Origin: an uncultured bacterium
Lineage (GTDB): Bacteria; UBP4; UBA4092
Reading direction: 5' to 3'
Assembly (NCBI GenBank): GCA_964644695.1
Contig: CAZXWN010000002.1
Span: 248,001-312,000 of the forward strand
DNA: 64,000 nt
Part shown: piece after piece, positions 38,450-47,683 of the stretch
Numbering within the stretch: the first letter of the stretch is position 1
How the letters are laid out: every line of letters begins with the position of its first letter
Program-made: the position numbers and the translations under genes
Notes under the pieces: generated by a model
Told to the model about the DNA's origin: nothing
Seen by the model: the letters and a program-made list of their open reading frames with translations, nothing else
Databases searched by the model: none

Positions 38450-40269
38450 AGATACTTCTGGCCCCTTTAGATCCTGTCCATGATGCCGGGTTAAAACTCA
38501 TAAAACGGAAATTGGAAAAGCTGGGATATGAGTGTTTGTTGTTGCCACCCGATATTACAGTTGAGGAAATTGGTGAGACAGCTATTCATGAAAATGTAGA
38601 TTTGATTTTTATCAGCCGAACTGTTGGATATGGGGTGGAACAGTTATTTGCCCGAGTTCGACAGGTTTTGGAGCAGCAGGGTATCTTTGGCAAAATTCGA
38701 ATTGCCATAGGTGGAATGGCCGTAACGGATGAGTTGGCTAAATCTCTTGGATTTGAAGCGGGTTTTGGGCAAAATACCCGTGTTGAAGAAATTCATGCCT
38801 TTATTGAACAAAATCCAGATTTGGCGATATCTGTTACCAGTCCTGTAAAAAATAAACCTGAATTTCCCTCGAAATTTACCAACAAGATAAAGGATTCCAC
38901 GACACAAAAGTATCTAGACATCATTGTTGATGGAATATTAGAGTGGTCTTTACGGAAGGTTTCTCCTGGGACTCGGAGAGCTAGGATAACCGAAAGGCAG
39001 CTTCAGGAAGTAAAAGGTTCAGTTGAAGAATATACAGCAATGCCGTTTACCCGAGAATATTTGTCTCAGTGTGATGAAACCGTTGCTGACTTTTTTCAAA
39101 AGGGTGATTACCCTGCTTATGTTCGATTGATTAAGCGAGAAGAAATATTTTCGCTTCAGGAAAAAATAGCTGAATCAAAAGTTCATCTTCGGCCAAGGTC
39201 GTTGCAACATATCCGTAAAAAGCCACTAGTATTCTGTCAGTACGGGACAGGGTGTCCTATGATGGATGCTCTTCATATTAAAGTTTGTGAAAGCTGGGGT
39301 GCTGATGGTGTTCTCCATTTTGACCCGGCCTGGGGTGCACGTACTGAAGGTTTATTGGATGGCCTACTGACAAATTCTACCGATGGTACTCCAGTGACCT
39401 ATGCGAATTTATCTTTGATAAAAAGTGCCTTGGAAGATTCTACACTTTGGTCTGTACGTTCTCATCGGGGATTAAATACTCCCGAAATTACAGTGTTGGC
39501 CGGGTTCTTGGGTGCTGATCTAACTAAAATAAATATTCCATATGGTTCTCTGGCGGGTGGAACCGATCCTGCAAGATTGACTATTGATGGTGTGGAATCT
39601 ATCAAAATTGCTGCGCGATATCGGATGCCATTTGATATTCCAACAAATGAAGAATTGGCTGGAGTTCCTCCATATAAAGCTTTTGCCAGCATGCTTATTA
39701 TGGCTTGGTTGGGTGTAAAGTTGGGGGCACAGCCCATCTTGAAACCACTGGTATGTCATGGTCCGTATATTATGGTTCAGGGATACATGGAGCAGGATTA
39801 TGTGGACTATAACGTAGCTAAAATAACGGCATTACAACAGCTGGCTGATTTTCCAATTTGGCCGGGTGAGCCTATTGGTTTTATGACACACACCGAGGAA
39901 AAAACGCAATCAGCTACGGCAACAGCCTTTCATGTGGCTTTATGCAGTAGCCTAAATTTGGAAGCGGTAACGATTGCTTCAACAGATGAAGCTTTTTCTC
40001 GCGGATCAATTACTGCTGGAGCCAGAGCCAGTTCTTTAAAAGCAATTGAAGAGTCATTCCGAGTTTTAGGGCTGTCAAGTATTAATCCTGGCCCAATGGC
40101 CTCTGTATGGAAAAATGAATTGGTTGAGAAAATCAATGAAACGCTTAAGGACGTAGCTGAATCCCCTTCTTTTGTGGATGCATTGTATCAGGGATTGTTG
40201 GGTAGTAAAGAAGATGGTGTTTATCCTGGCAGAGCAGGCCGAAACAGCGTCGAAGAGGTGACTGATTAA
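38446..40269 (+). CDS. Cobalamin-dependent aminomutase-like protein (N-terminal B12-binding domain, C-terminal TIM-barrel-like domain)
   Basis: DPVHDAG...ISRTV...IGG...LGFEAGFG B12 motifs; C-terminal GTG..D...WGADG, DGTPVT, GLNTPEI and PYGSL segments align by eye with KamD/OraE barrels. Confidence 0.75.
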   Translation: MKILLAPLDPVHDAGLKLIKRKLEKLGYECLLLPPDITVEEIGETAIHENVDLIFISRTVGYGVEQLFARVRQVLEQQGIFGKIRIAIGGMAVTDELAKSLGFEAGFGQNTRVEEIHAFIEQNPDLAISVTSPVKNKPEFPSKFTNKIKDSTTQKYLDIIVDGILEWSLRKVSPGTRRARITERQLQEVKGSVEEYTAMPFTREYLSQCDETVADFFQKGDYPAYVRLIKREEIFSLQEKIAESKVHLRPRSLQHIRKKPLVFCQYGTGCPMMDALHIKVCESWGADGVLHFDPAWGARTEGLLDGLLTNSTDGTPVTYANLSLIKSALEDSTLWSVRSHRGLNTPEITVLAGFLGADLTKINIPYGSLAGGTDPARLTIDGVESIKIAARYRMPFDIPTNEELAGVPPYKAFASMLIMAWLGVKLGAQPILKPLVCHGPYIMVQGYMEQDYVDYNVAKITALQQLADFPIWPGEPIGFMTHTEEKTQSATATAFHVALCSSLNLEAVTIASTDEAFSRGSITAGARASSLKAIEESFRVLGLSSINPGPMASVWKNELVEKINETLKDVAESPSFVDALYQGLLGSKEDGVYPGRAGRNSVEEVTD

Positions 40270-40312
40270 TAGATAATTTGAATCTTTAGTATGATTAATC
40301 TGGTATTTTTCT

Positions 40313-40350
40313 TGTCAGCTGTTGGATTTGTTCCAATAGCTGACAGTTTT
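40313..40350 (+). terminator. Probable terminator closing the B12/PLP operon
   Basis: TGTCAGCTGTTGGA-TTTGT-TCCAATAGCTGACA-GTTTT. Confidence 0.7.
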
Positions 40351-40477
40351 ATAAGAATAGCGTGTTTACCTTTTGTGCCTAATTGGTGGACACCCCTGAT
40401 CTAAAAGGTGATTTATTATCACTTATGAAGGTAGAAATTTTTACTAACAATATATAAGCTTTGTTAAACTTGAAAAT

Positions 40478-41203
40478 ATGAATATTCATGTTGAGCCAAG
40501 TATGTGGTTATTGTTATTGAAATTATCAGCGTTATCGGGTTTATTAATGCTTGATGCCGCAATGGTAGGGCAATGGATGTTGGCATACCCTATTTTTGCT
40601 GCACCTTTGATAGGGTTTTTATTCGGACAACCTTATGCAGGTTTTATTATAGGGATACTCTTTCAGCTGTTTTGGTCCAACAAATTACCGGTTGGAGTGT
40701 CTTCTCCACCGGAGACTCCTTTGCTGGCGATTGTGGCCATTGTTTGTTATGTGTTGTCCTCTCATTTGGGTGCAATGAGCTTATATTCTCCATGGATATT
40801 GCCCCTATTGTTAATCAGTCTATCTGGAGGAGTGCTAGGTGGTTATTTAACAGTCTGGATTCGGACTTTTAATAATCATTTAGCAGCCTGGGCAGATAAA
40901 CAGGCTGATGCTCTGAATGTGATGGCATTGAATGTCATGCCCCTGGGTGCTCTTATCATGGGATGGGTCTTATATGGAGGACTTGTATTTCTTCTGGGAG
41001 GAGTATTCCTTTTACTCAGGACCTATGTTTCTTTAGATGTATTGTCATTGCACTATACCCGTCTATATGTCTGGATTTTGGCTGCATTAGGATTTGCTGC
41101 GATAGTGGAATTATTTGAAGTAACCAAAAGATACCGTTGGTTGTTTTTTGGATTAGGTGCAGGGTTAATTGTAGGATTATTGGCTCGCTGGTTGCGGGGA
41201 TGA
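40478..41203 (+). CDS. PTS mannose/fructose/sorbose family IIC component
   Basis: LDAAMVGQWMLAYPIFAAPLIG, QLFW..LPVG..PPE; hydrophobic. Confidence 0.85.
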   Translation: MNIHVEPSMWLLLLKLSALSGLLMLDAAMVGQWMLAYPIFAAPLIGFLFGQPYAGFIIGILFQLFWSNKLPVGVSSPPETPLLAIVAIVCYVLSSHLGAMSLYSPWILPLLLISLSGGVLGGYLTVWIRTFNNHLAAWADKQADALNVMALNVMPLGALIMGWVLYGGLVFLLGGVFLLLRTYVSLDVLSLHYTRLYVWILAALGFAAIVELFEVTKRYRWLFFGLGAGLIVGLLARWLRG

Positions 41204-41206
41204 AAA

Positions 41207-42022
41207 ATGACTAAAATATCCAAATTTACATTATTCCGGGTAGCATTTAGAACACATCTAATGTTATCTATGATGAACTACCAGCGGATGTTAAATTTGA
41301 GTTTTTTGTGGGCTTTATTACCAGTCTTTCAGAGATTTAATTTATCCCATGATCGCTATAAGGAAGTTCTTAAACGACACTTGAATTTTTTTAATGCGCA
41401 TCCCTATATGTCTGGAATTGTGTTGGGTATTATGGCTGCCCATGAAGAAAAGTGGGTTCAGGAAATTGACCCTGAAAATCAAAAGAGAATTGCATCCGTA
41501 ACGGAATCTCTTAGAAAAGGGTTTATGGGACCTATGGGCGCTTTAGGCGATTCCTTCTTTTGGCAAAGTTGGCGTCCGTTTTGCGGGATTATTGCTATTT
41601 TGCTGAGTGTATTACTCTTGCCGGATGTGTATACGGCTGGAGTTGGCATCCTTTTTTCTCTTTTACTGTATAATGTAATTCACGAATATGTTATATTTCG
41701 TGGCGTATTTTCGGGTTATCGTTTGTCAGATGAAATGATTCGCACGATTCAACAATACAATATCCCGAAACTTAACGATAAGATAAAAAATGCCGGCACT
41801 TTTATGGGCGGCATGGTGATAGGAGTGTTATCTTTGGCCACTTGGCTGGGTCCTGTATGGATACCTACTTCACTCATTATGAATTCATTAGCCCGTATTA
41901 GTGTACTTGGACTAGCATCTATCGCATTTATTTTTGGGATGCATAAAGGTTGGTCTATGACCCAATTATTCTTAGTTGTGTTGGGTGGAATGGCATTAAT
42001 TGATTTGATTCTCTGGTTTTGA
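41207..42022 (+). CDS. PTS mannose/fructose/sorbose family IID component
   Basis: NYQRM, RHLNFFNAHP, MGPMGALGDSFFW. Confidence 0.9.
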   Translation: MTKISKFTLFRVAFRTHLMLSMMNYQRMLNLSFLWALLPVFQRFNLSHDRYKEVLKRHLNFFNAHPYMSGIVLGIMAAHEEKWVQEIDPENQKRIASVTESLRKGFMGPMGALGDSFFWQSWRPFCGIIAILLSVLLLPDVYTAGVGILFSLLLYNVIHEYVIFRGVFSGYRLSDEMIRTIQQYNIPKLNDKIKNAGTFMGGMVIGVLSLATWLGPVWIPTSLIMNSLARISVLGLASIAFIFGMHKGWSMTQLFLVVLGGMALIDLILWF

Positions 42023-42032
42023 AAGGGTAATT

Positions 42033-42320
42033 ATGGCATCGGCAGAGAAAAACCTCACTATTATCAATGAACTAGGGTTGCATGTGCGACCTGCAGGGAT
42101 GATGGTGAAGGTTGCCAATCGGTTTAAATCAAAAATTGTTTTAGAAAAAGATGAAGATAAGGTGGATGCTAAATCTATCATGGGTGTTATGATGTTGGGG
42201 GCATCCAAAGGAAGTATAATCAGAGTGCATGCTGAAGGTGAGGATGCCGAAGAAGCAGTGCGAGCTCTGGAAGAGTTGTTTGAAAATGGTTTTGGTGAGT
42301 TGGAAAGTTGCGGGGGATAA
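42033..42320 (+). CDS. ptsH: Phosphocarrier protein HPr
   Basis: GLHVRPA (His15) and DAKSIMG (Ser46). Confidence 0.96.
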   Translation: MASAEKNLTIINELGLHVRPAGMMVKVANRFKSKIVLEKDEDKVDAKSIMGVMMLGASKGSIIRVHAEGEDAEEAVRALEELFENGFGELESCGG

Positions 42321-42323
42321 ACC

Positions 42324-44054
42324 GTGAGTGTCCAGGGTATTGGAGTATCTCAAGGAATCATCGTAGGTCGTGTTTTTTTACTTGAAAGAGAAGGTCTTAA
42401 CACGGTTAGGCGGGATATACCTGCAGATAAAGTGAATTCAGAAGTTCTTCGATTTCAACATGCCATACAGAAAACTAAGAATCAGTTAAAGAAGTTTCGC
42501 GACAAAATAAAAAGTGAGTTAGGGGATTCTCACGCTACCTTATTCGACAGTCATGCCTTAATCTTGGATGATCCAATGTTTTTGGATCCTACTATCCAGA
42601 TGATTAAAAATGAGAAAATAAATCCTGAACATGCTGTCCATATCGTCTTTCTTGATTATATTGAAAAACTGGAAAAGTTTAATGATCCCTATCTGAAGGC
42701 CAGAATAGCTGATTTTCGTGATGTGGGTCGCCGATTGTTGTTAAACTTGGCTGGGATCGAGAAAAATCCACTTGCTAAACTGGAAGAAAAAGTCATCGTT
42801 GTTTCATTTGATTTATCACCTTCAGAAACAGCTGCCATGGATAAAACAAAAGTGATTGGGTTTGTTACTGAGTCTGGCAGCAGGACATCTCACACAGCTA
42901 TTATGGCAAAAGCACTAGAAATTCCAGCTGTTGTCGGTGCTCAGGGTATAACAAAAACAGTCCGAAATGGTGATGTGATTATTCTTGATGGGACGCATGG
43001 AACGGTAATTATTAATCCAGACAGAGAGACTCTCAAAGAATATCTTGCTGCGCAGAAAAAGAGTACTGTTACTGATAAGGAATTGGATAATCTAAGGAAA
43101 CTCTCAGCCCAAACCACCGATGGAATTCAAATACAATTGGCAGCTAATATCGAATTGCCTGATGAAGTGGAACATGTGAAACAGTATGGTGGAAAAGGAG
43201 TTGGGCTTTTTCGAACAGAATTTCTTTATTTATATAACACCACGTTGCCTTCAGAAGAGTTCTCCTTTAAATCGTATAAGCAGGTTGTAAAGAGTTTTGC
43301 TCCAGAGCCAGTAACAATCCGAACTTTAGATATTGGTGGAGATAAGTTTGTTTCTCAGTTGAATTTGCCCTCGGAATTAAATCCATTTCTAGGCTTACGT
43401 GCGATTCGTTTGTGTTTGCAAAGGCCTGAGTTGTTTAAAACTCAGTTAAGAGCCATCTTGCGTGCCAGTATATTCGGAAATGTGAAATTGATGTATCCAA
43501 TGATTTCTGGCTTAGATGAGTTACGCCAAGCAAATGCTATTTTGGAAGAAACAAAAGCAGAATTGAGACAACAAGGAGTTCCTTTTAAAGAAGATATTCC
43601 TGTAGGAATAATGATCGAAATCCCCTCTGCTGCGATAATTTCAGATGTGTTAGCCAAAGAAGTAGATTTTTTTAGTATTGGTACAAATGATTTAATTCAA
43701 TACACTTTGGCTGTAGATCGTGGGAACGAGAACGTTGCCTATCTCTATGAACCTTTACATCCATCTATTCTTCGACTTTTAAAACTAATTATTGAGTCAG
43801 CACATCGAGGAGGAGCTCGAGTAAGTCTGTGTGGTGAAATGGCTGGAGACCCTGATTTTACCCCAATACTACTGGGTTTGGGTATTGATGAACTCAGTAT
43901 GGCCCCTCCTGCTATTCGTGGTGTGAAGATGAAAATACGATCCATATCCATGGCGGATGCGCATCAACTATCTAATGAAATCATGGAATTGAATTCAACG
44001 GACGAAATTCGTCAGCATTTAAATCAGTTTCATTCAAAGAATATCCGGAAGTAG
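42324..44054 (+). CDS. ptsI: PTS enzyme I (PEP-protein phosphotransferase)
   Basis: GSRTSHTAI, GLFRTEF, RTLDIGGDK, NPFLGLRAIR, SIGTNDLIQY, CGEMAG. Confidence 0.97.
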   Translation: MSVQGIGVSQGIIVGRVFLLEREGLNTVRRDIPADKVNSEVLRFQHAIQKTKNQLKKFRDKIKSELGDSHATLFDSHALILDDPMFLDPTIQMIKNEKINPEHAVHIVFLDYIEKLEKFNDPYLKARIADFRDVGRRLLLNLAGIEKNPLAKLEEKVIVVSFDLSPSETAAMDKTKVIGFVTESGSRTSHTAIMAKALEIPAVVGAQGITKTVRNGDVIILDGTHGTVIINPDRETLKEYLAAQKKSTVTDKELDNLRKLSAQTTDGIQIQLAANIELPDEVEHVKQYGGKGVGLFRTEFLYLYNTTLPSEEFSFKSYKQVVKSFAPEPVTIRTLDIGGDKFVSQLNLPSELNPFLGLRAIRLCLQRPELFKTQLRAILRASIFGNVKLMYPMISGLDELRQANAILEETKAELRQQGVPFKEDIPVGIMIEIPSAAIISDVLAKEVDFFSIGTNDLIQYTLAVDRGNENVAYLYEPLHPSILRLLKLIIESAHRGGARVSLCGEMAGDPDFTPILLGLGIDELSMAPPAIRGVKMKIRSISMADAHQLSNEIMELNSTDEIRQHLNQFHSKNIRK

Positions 44055-44097
44055 ATCTGGACCGGATACCAAGAAAATAATATATAGAGGTTTATCT

Positions 44098-45480
44098 ATG
44101 AAAAATAAGCTCTGGGAGGGTCGTTTCTCCAAACCTGCAGATCCTCAAGTGGAGAGATTCACCGCATCTATTGGCTTTGATAAGCGGCTTTATCCTTATG
44201 ATATTGAAGGTAGCATGGCTCATGTTCAGATGCTGGCCAAGCAAGAGATCATTAAACAGTCCGAATGTAAACAAATTTTAAAAGGGTTGACTCAGATTTT
44301 GAAAGAATTGGATAAAGGTCAATTCCAGTTTATTCATAATGATGAAGATATCCATATGGCAATTGAACGTCGTTTGCATGAAATTATTGGTGCTGTGGCT
44401 GGCAAGATGCATACAGCTAGAAGCCGCAATGATCAAGTGATTTTGGATGTTCGATTATTTCTGCGTGATATAACCGCACAGGTTATTCAGCATATCAGTG
44501 TCTTACAGATGGCGCTTGTTGACCAGGCTGAAAAAAACAAGAAGGTTATAGCTCCTGGTTTTACTCACATGCAGCATGCACAGCCCATCATGTTATCCCA
44601 TCATTTCATGGCCTACTTTCAGATGTTAGAACGAGATTATGAGCGATTTTCTCAAGCCTATGAACGTATAAATGTGCTGCCGTTAGGTGCCGGTGCTATG
44701 GCTGGGACGACTTTCTCTATTGATCGGCATTATGTTGCAAAGTTGTTGAGTTTTCCTAAGGTTAGTGAAAACAGTATGGATACTGTTTCTGACCGTGATT
44801 TCGTTCTGGATTTCCTATCCGCCGCTGCAGTTTTACAGATGCATTTATCTCGAATGGCTGAAGAACTAGTATATTGGTCAACGATGGAGTTCCGGTTTAT
44901 CAAGTTGCCCGACGAATTTTGTACAGGCAGCTCCATAATGCCACAGAAAAAGAATCCTGACGTAGCTGAATTAACTCGTGGTAAAACCGGTCGTATCTAT
45001 GGAAATCTAATATCAGTCCTCACCACAATGAAGGGATTACCTCTTACATATAACAGTGATATGCAGGAAGACAAACCTCCTCTCTTTGATACTATTGATA
45101 ATATTCTCCCCTGTTTAGCTGTTGTTGCAGGGTTAATCAAGGGATTAACTGTTCGTGAAGATATTGTGAAGAAATCTGCCAAAATGGGATATATTACGGC
45201 TACAAATCTGGCAAATTATTTAGCAGAACGAGGCATTCCTTTCCGTGAAGCACATTTCATAGTGGGGTCTATTGTGAAACATTGTGAAGATAAAGGCATT
45301 GAGTTGGAAGAATTGGATTTAGCTGGATATCAAGCCTTCTCGAACAAATTTGAAAAAAATCTCTATGATGTATTAACCTTGGATTACAGTGTGAAGTCCA
45401 TACGGTCATATGGTGGAGCAAGTCCGGACTCAGTACAAAAGCAAATCAAAACTGCTCGTGAGATTCTAAAAAAACGGTAA
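44098..45480 (+). CDS. argH: Argininosuccinate lyase
   Basis: LWEGRF, HTARSRNDQ, GFTHMQ, GSSIMPQKKNPD. Confidence 0.98.
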   Translation: MKNKLWEGRFSKPADPQVERFTASIGFDKRLYPYDIEGSMAHVQMLAKQEIIKQSECKQILKGLTQILKELDKGQFQFIHNDEDIHMAIERRLHEIIGAVAGKMHTARSRNDQVILDVRLFLRDITAQVIQHISVLQMALVDQAEKNKKVIAPGFTHMQHAQPIMLSHHFMAYFQMLERDYERFSQAYERINVLPLGAGAMAGTTFSIDRHYVAKLLSFPKVSENSMDTVSDRDFVLDFLSAAAVLQMHLSRMAEELVYWSTMEFRFIKLPDEFCTGSSIMPQKKNPDVAELTRGKTGRIYGNLISVLTTMKGLPLTYNSDMQEDKPPLFDTIDNILPCLAVVAGLIKGLTVREDIVKKSAKMGYITATNLANYLAERGIPFREAHFIVGSIVKHCEDKGIELEELDLAGYQAFSNKFEKNLYDVLTLDYSVKSIRSYGGASPDSVQKQIKTAREILKKR

Positions 45481-45496
45481 AGATATACAGATAAAG

Positions 45497-45534
45497 AAAA
45501 GCCCTCTGATCAGTGATGACCAGAGGGCTTTTTT
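45497..45534. terminator. Bidirectional intrinsic terminator
   Basis: AAAAGCCCTCTG...CAGAGGGCTTTTTT between convergent genes. Confidence 0.85.
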
Positions 45535-45544
45535 GTGAGTTGGT

Positions 45545-46534
45545 TTATACGAATGGAAGTTGGATGGGTTTACCTGTCTCAGCAGATTTATATGCGCCAA
45601 GAGCTAATTCCATGGCAGCCATACCATCTTCTCCTGAGATGAAAACGGGTTTATCGTTTTCAACAGAATCAATGAAAGAGGCTACGAGACCTGCATCCGT
45701 GTTGGAACCCCAGTATTGATAACGCATGGAGGTATCCTTAATACTGTAAAGGTTAAACTTCTGGTTAAACATATCAACATTTACAGCACCTTTGGTTCCT
45801 AGAATACGCATGGTGACATCACCCCACGTTGGGTAATATTTGGGGTTGCGTGACCAACTGGGATCCAGAGAGCATATGATATTCTTTTCCATTTTCATGG
45901 AAAGAGTACCACAGTCGTCACATTCAAGTTCCGGATGGAATTTTTTGTCAATCTCAGCATATACTTCAGTGAAATTGGCTCCTGTGAACCAGCGAATCAA
46001 ATCAGCAACATGGACGGTATGGTCCATGACTGCACCACCACCCGATAATGCTTTATCAACAAACCAGCCACCTGGCATAGAACCACGGTTTGTACCTGCA
46101 ATAGCAATAATGTCTCCCAGTTTGCCATCAGCCACTAATTGCTGGGCACGCATAACGGCAGGGGAGAACCGACAGGGAAATGCGGTCATCAATTTAACAT
46201 TATTTTTCTTACAGACATCAATCATGTCTTGTGCGTCTTCCATGCTGACTGATATGGGTTTTTCACACATGACATGCTTTTTTGCATTAGCTGCTTTGAT
46301 AGTGACTTCTTTGTGATGAACATTTGCTGTGGTGACAACCACGGCATCTACTTTGGACAGAAGCTCATCTATATCACGGAACCAAGGTTTCTGAATGATT
46401 TCAGAGACTTTTTTTGCGCGTTCTTCGTTATCATCCCAGAAGCCGACAAAATCAACATTTTTCAAGAGTTTCAGGCCATGAGCATAACCACCTGCATGCA
46501 TATGGGCGAAACTTAATACACCTGCTTTGACCAT
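45545..46534 (-). CDS. Gfo/Idh/MocA family oxidoreductase
   Basis: SFAHMHA variant N-terminus, HVMCEKP, GGGAVMDHTVH. Confidence 0.92.
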   Translation of the reverse strand: MVKAGVLSFAHMHAGGYAHGLKLLKNVDFVGFWDDNEERAKKVSEIIQKPWFRDIDELLSKVDAVVVTTANVHHKEVTIKAANAKKHVMCEKPISVSMEDAQDMIDVCKKNNVKLMTAFPCRFSPAVMRAQQLVADGKLGDIIAIAGTNRGSMPGGWFVDKALSGGGAVMDHTVHVADLIRWFTGANFTEVYAEIDKKFHPELECDDCGTLSMKMEKNIICSLDPSWSRNPKYYPTWGDVTMRILGTKGAVNVDMFNQKFNLYSIKDTSMRYQYWGSNTDAGLVASFIDSVENDKPVFISGEDGMAAMELALGAYKSAETGKPIQLPFV

Positions 46535-46552
46535 TGTCAGAATCTCCTCTCG

Positions 46553-47542
46553 TTAGTCAATATTGACTGGTTGGCCAGTTTGGATGGATTCAAGAGCGGC
46601 AAGGCCGACCTTGATGGCATAGATGCCGTCATCTACTGTAACTCGTGGTGTTTTGTTTTCCTGGATACATTCAATAAAATGCCGAATTTCCGTTGTATAT
46701 GGAGACTCACTTAAGGGAGATTCGGGAACCGCCACAGCGGGTTTAGATGTATCAGTCTGTTTCAGGTTAACTTGTAAAGGAGATTCACTGTTTGTAGATT
46801 CAATGATACCTTCAGAGCCTGAAACTTCACATTTCACAGTAAAACCAGAAGGTTCAGCCCAGCTTCCTTCAACATGAGCAATAACACCGCTTTCATAGCG
46901 GATCATAACCTGGGCATAATCCATGGGTTCTGCTAACTTTTGACCAAATAACCCACGGGCAAATACCCGTTTTGGTTTACCAAAGAACCAGTTGAGATAG
47001 TCAAAATCATGAATAATTAAGTCCAGTACGCATCCGCCGCTCATCTGCATATTTTCATACCATTCACGAATACCATGAGGCATGGGAGCAAGACGGCAAG
47101 TACGGGCAATTGCTGGTGTTCCAATCTGTCCGGACTCAATCAAATGTTTCATATGAGAAAAATCAGGGAAGAATCGAACGACATGACCGACCATGAATTT
47201 CTTGTCAGAAGCTTCGACTGCTTTCTTGACTTCATAAGCATCTTCGAGGGTTCGGGCAACCGGTTTCTCACAAAACACATGTTTTCCGGCTTTTAGTGCT
47301 TTTATTGCGTATTCTTTGTGGAACGGGGTTGGCAAACAGATATCTATGATATCTATTGCCGGGTCATTAATGACCTGATCGTATGACTTAACCGCTTTAG
47401 CGCCAAAACTTGCGGCAACGGATTCAAGCGGACCGGGCAATTCATCGGCAAAATACACGATTTCCACACCCTCAATTGCCTTGTAACCCGGGGCGTGAGT
47501 TCGTGCCATTGTGCCTGTACCCAGAATGGCAACTTTCAGCAT
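46553..47542 (-). CDS. Gfo/Idh/MocA family oxidoreductase
   Basis: GTGTMA, GKHVFCEKP, GGCVLDLIIHDFD. Confidence 0.92.
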   Translation of the reverse strand: MLKVAILGTGTMARTHAPGYKAIEGVEIVYFADELPGPLESVAASFGAKAVKSYDQVINDPAIDIIDICLPTPFHKEYAIKALKAGKHVFCEKPVARTLEDAYEVKKAVEASDKKFMVGHVVRFFPDFSHMKHLIESGQIGTPAIARTCRLAPMPHGIREWYENMQMSGGCVLDLIIHDFDYLNWFFGKPKRVFARGLFGQKLAEPMDYAQVMIRYESGVIAHVEGSWAEPSGFTVKCEVSGSEGIIESTNSESPLQVNLKQTDTSKPAVAVPESPLSESPYTTEIRHFIECIQENKTPRVTVDDGIYAIKVGLAALESIQTGQPVNID

Positions 47543-47683
47543 GATGCTACTCCTTGACTGAGAAAAATATTTTGTTCAGGGGTTGAAATAGTATAACAAA
47601 AAAAAGACTATATTCCCTATTTACATAAGAAAAAAACAATGATTTTAGGGTTTTTGTATAAGAATGGTGAATATTGTACATAA

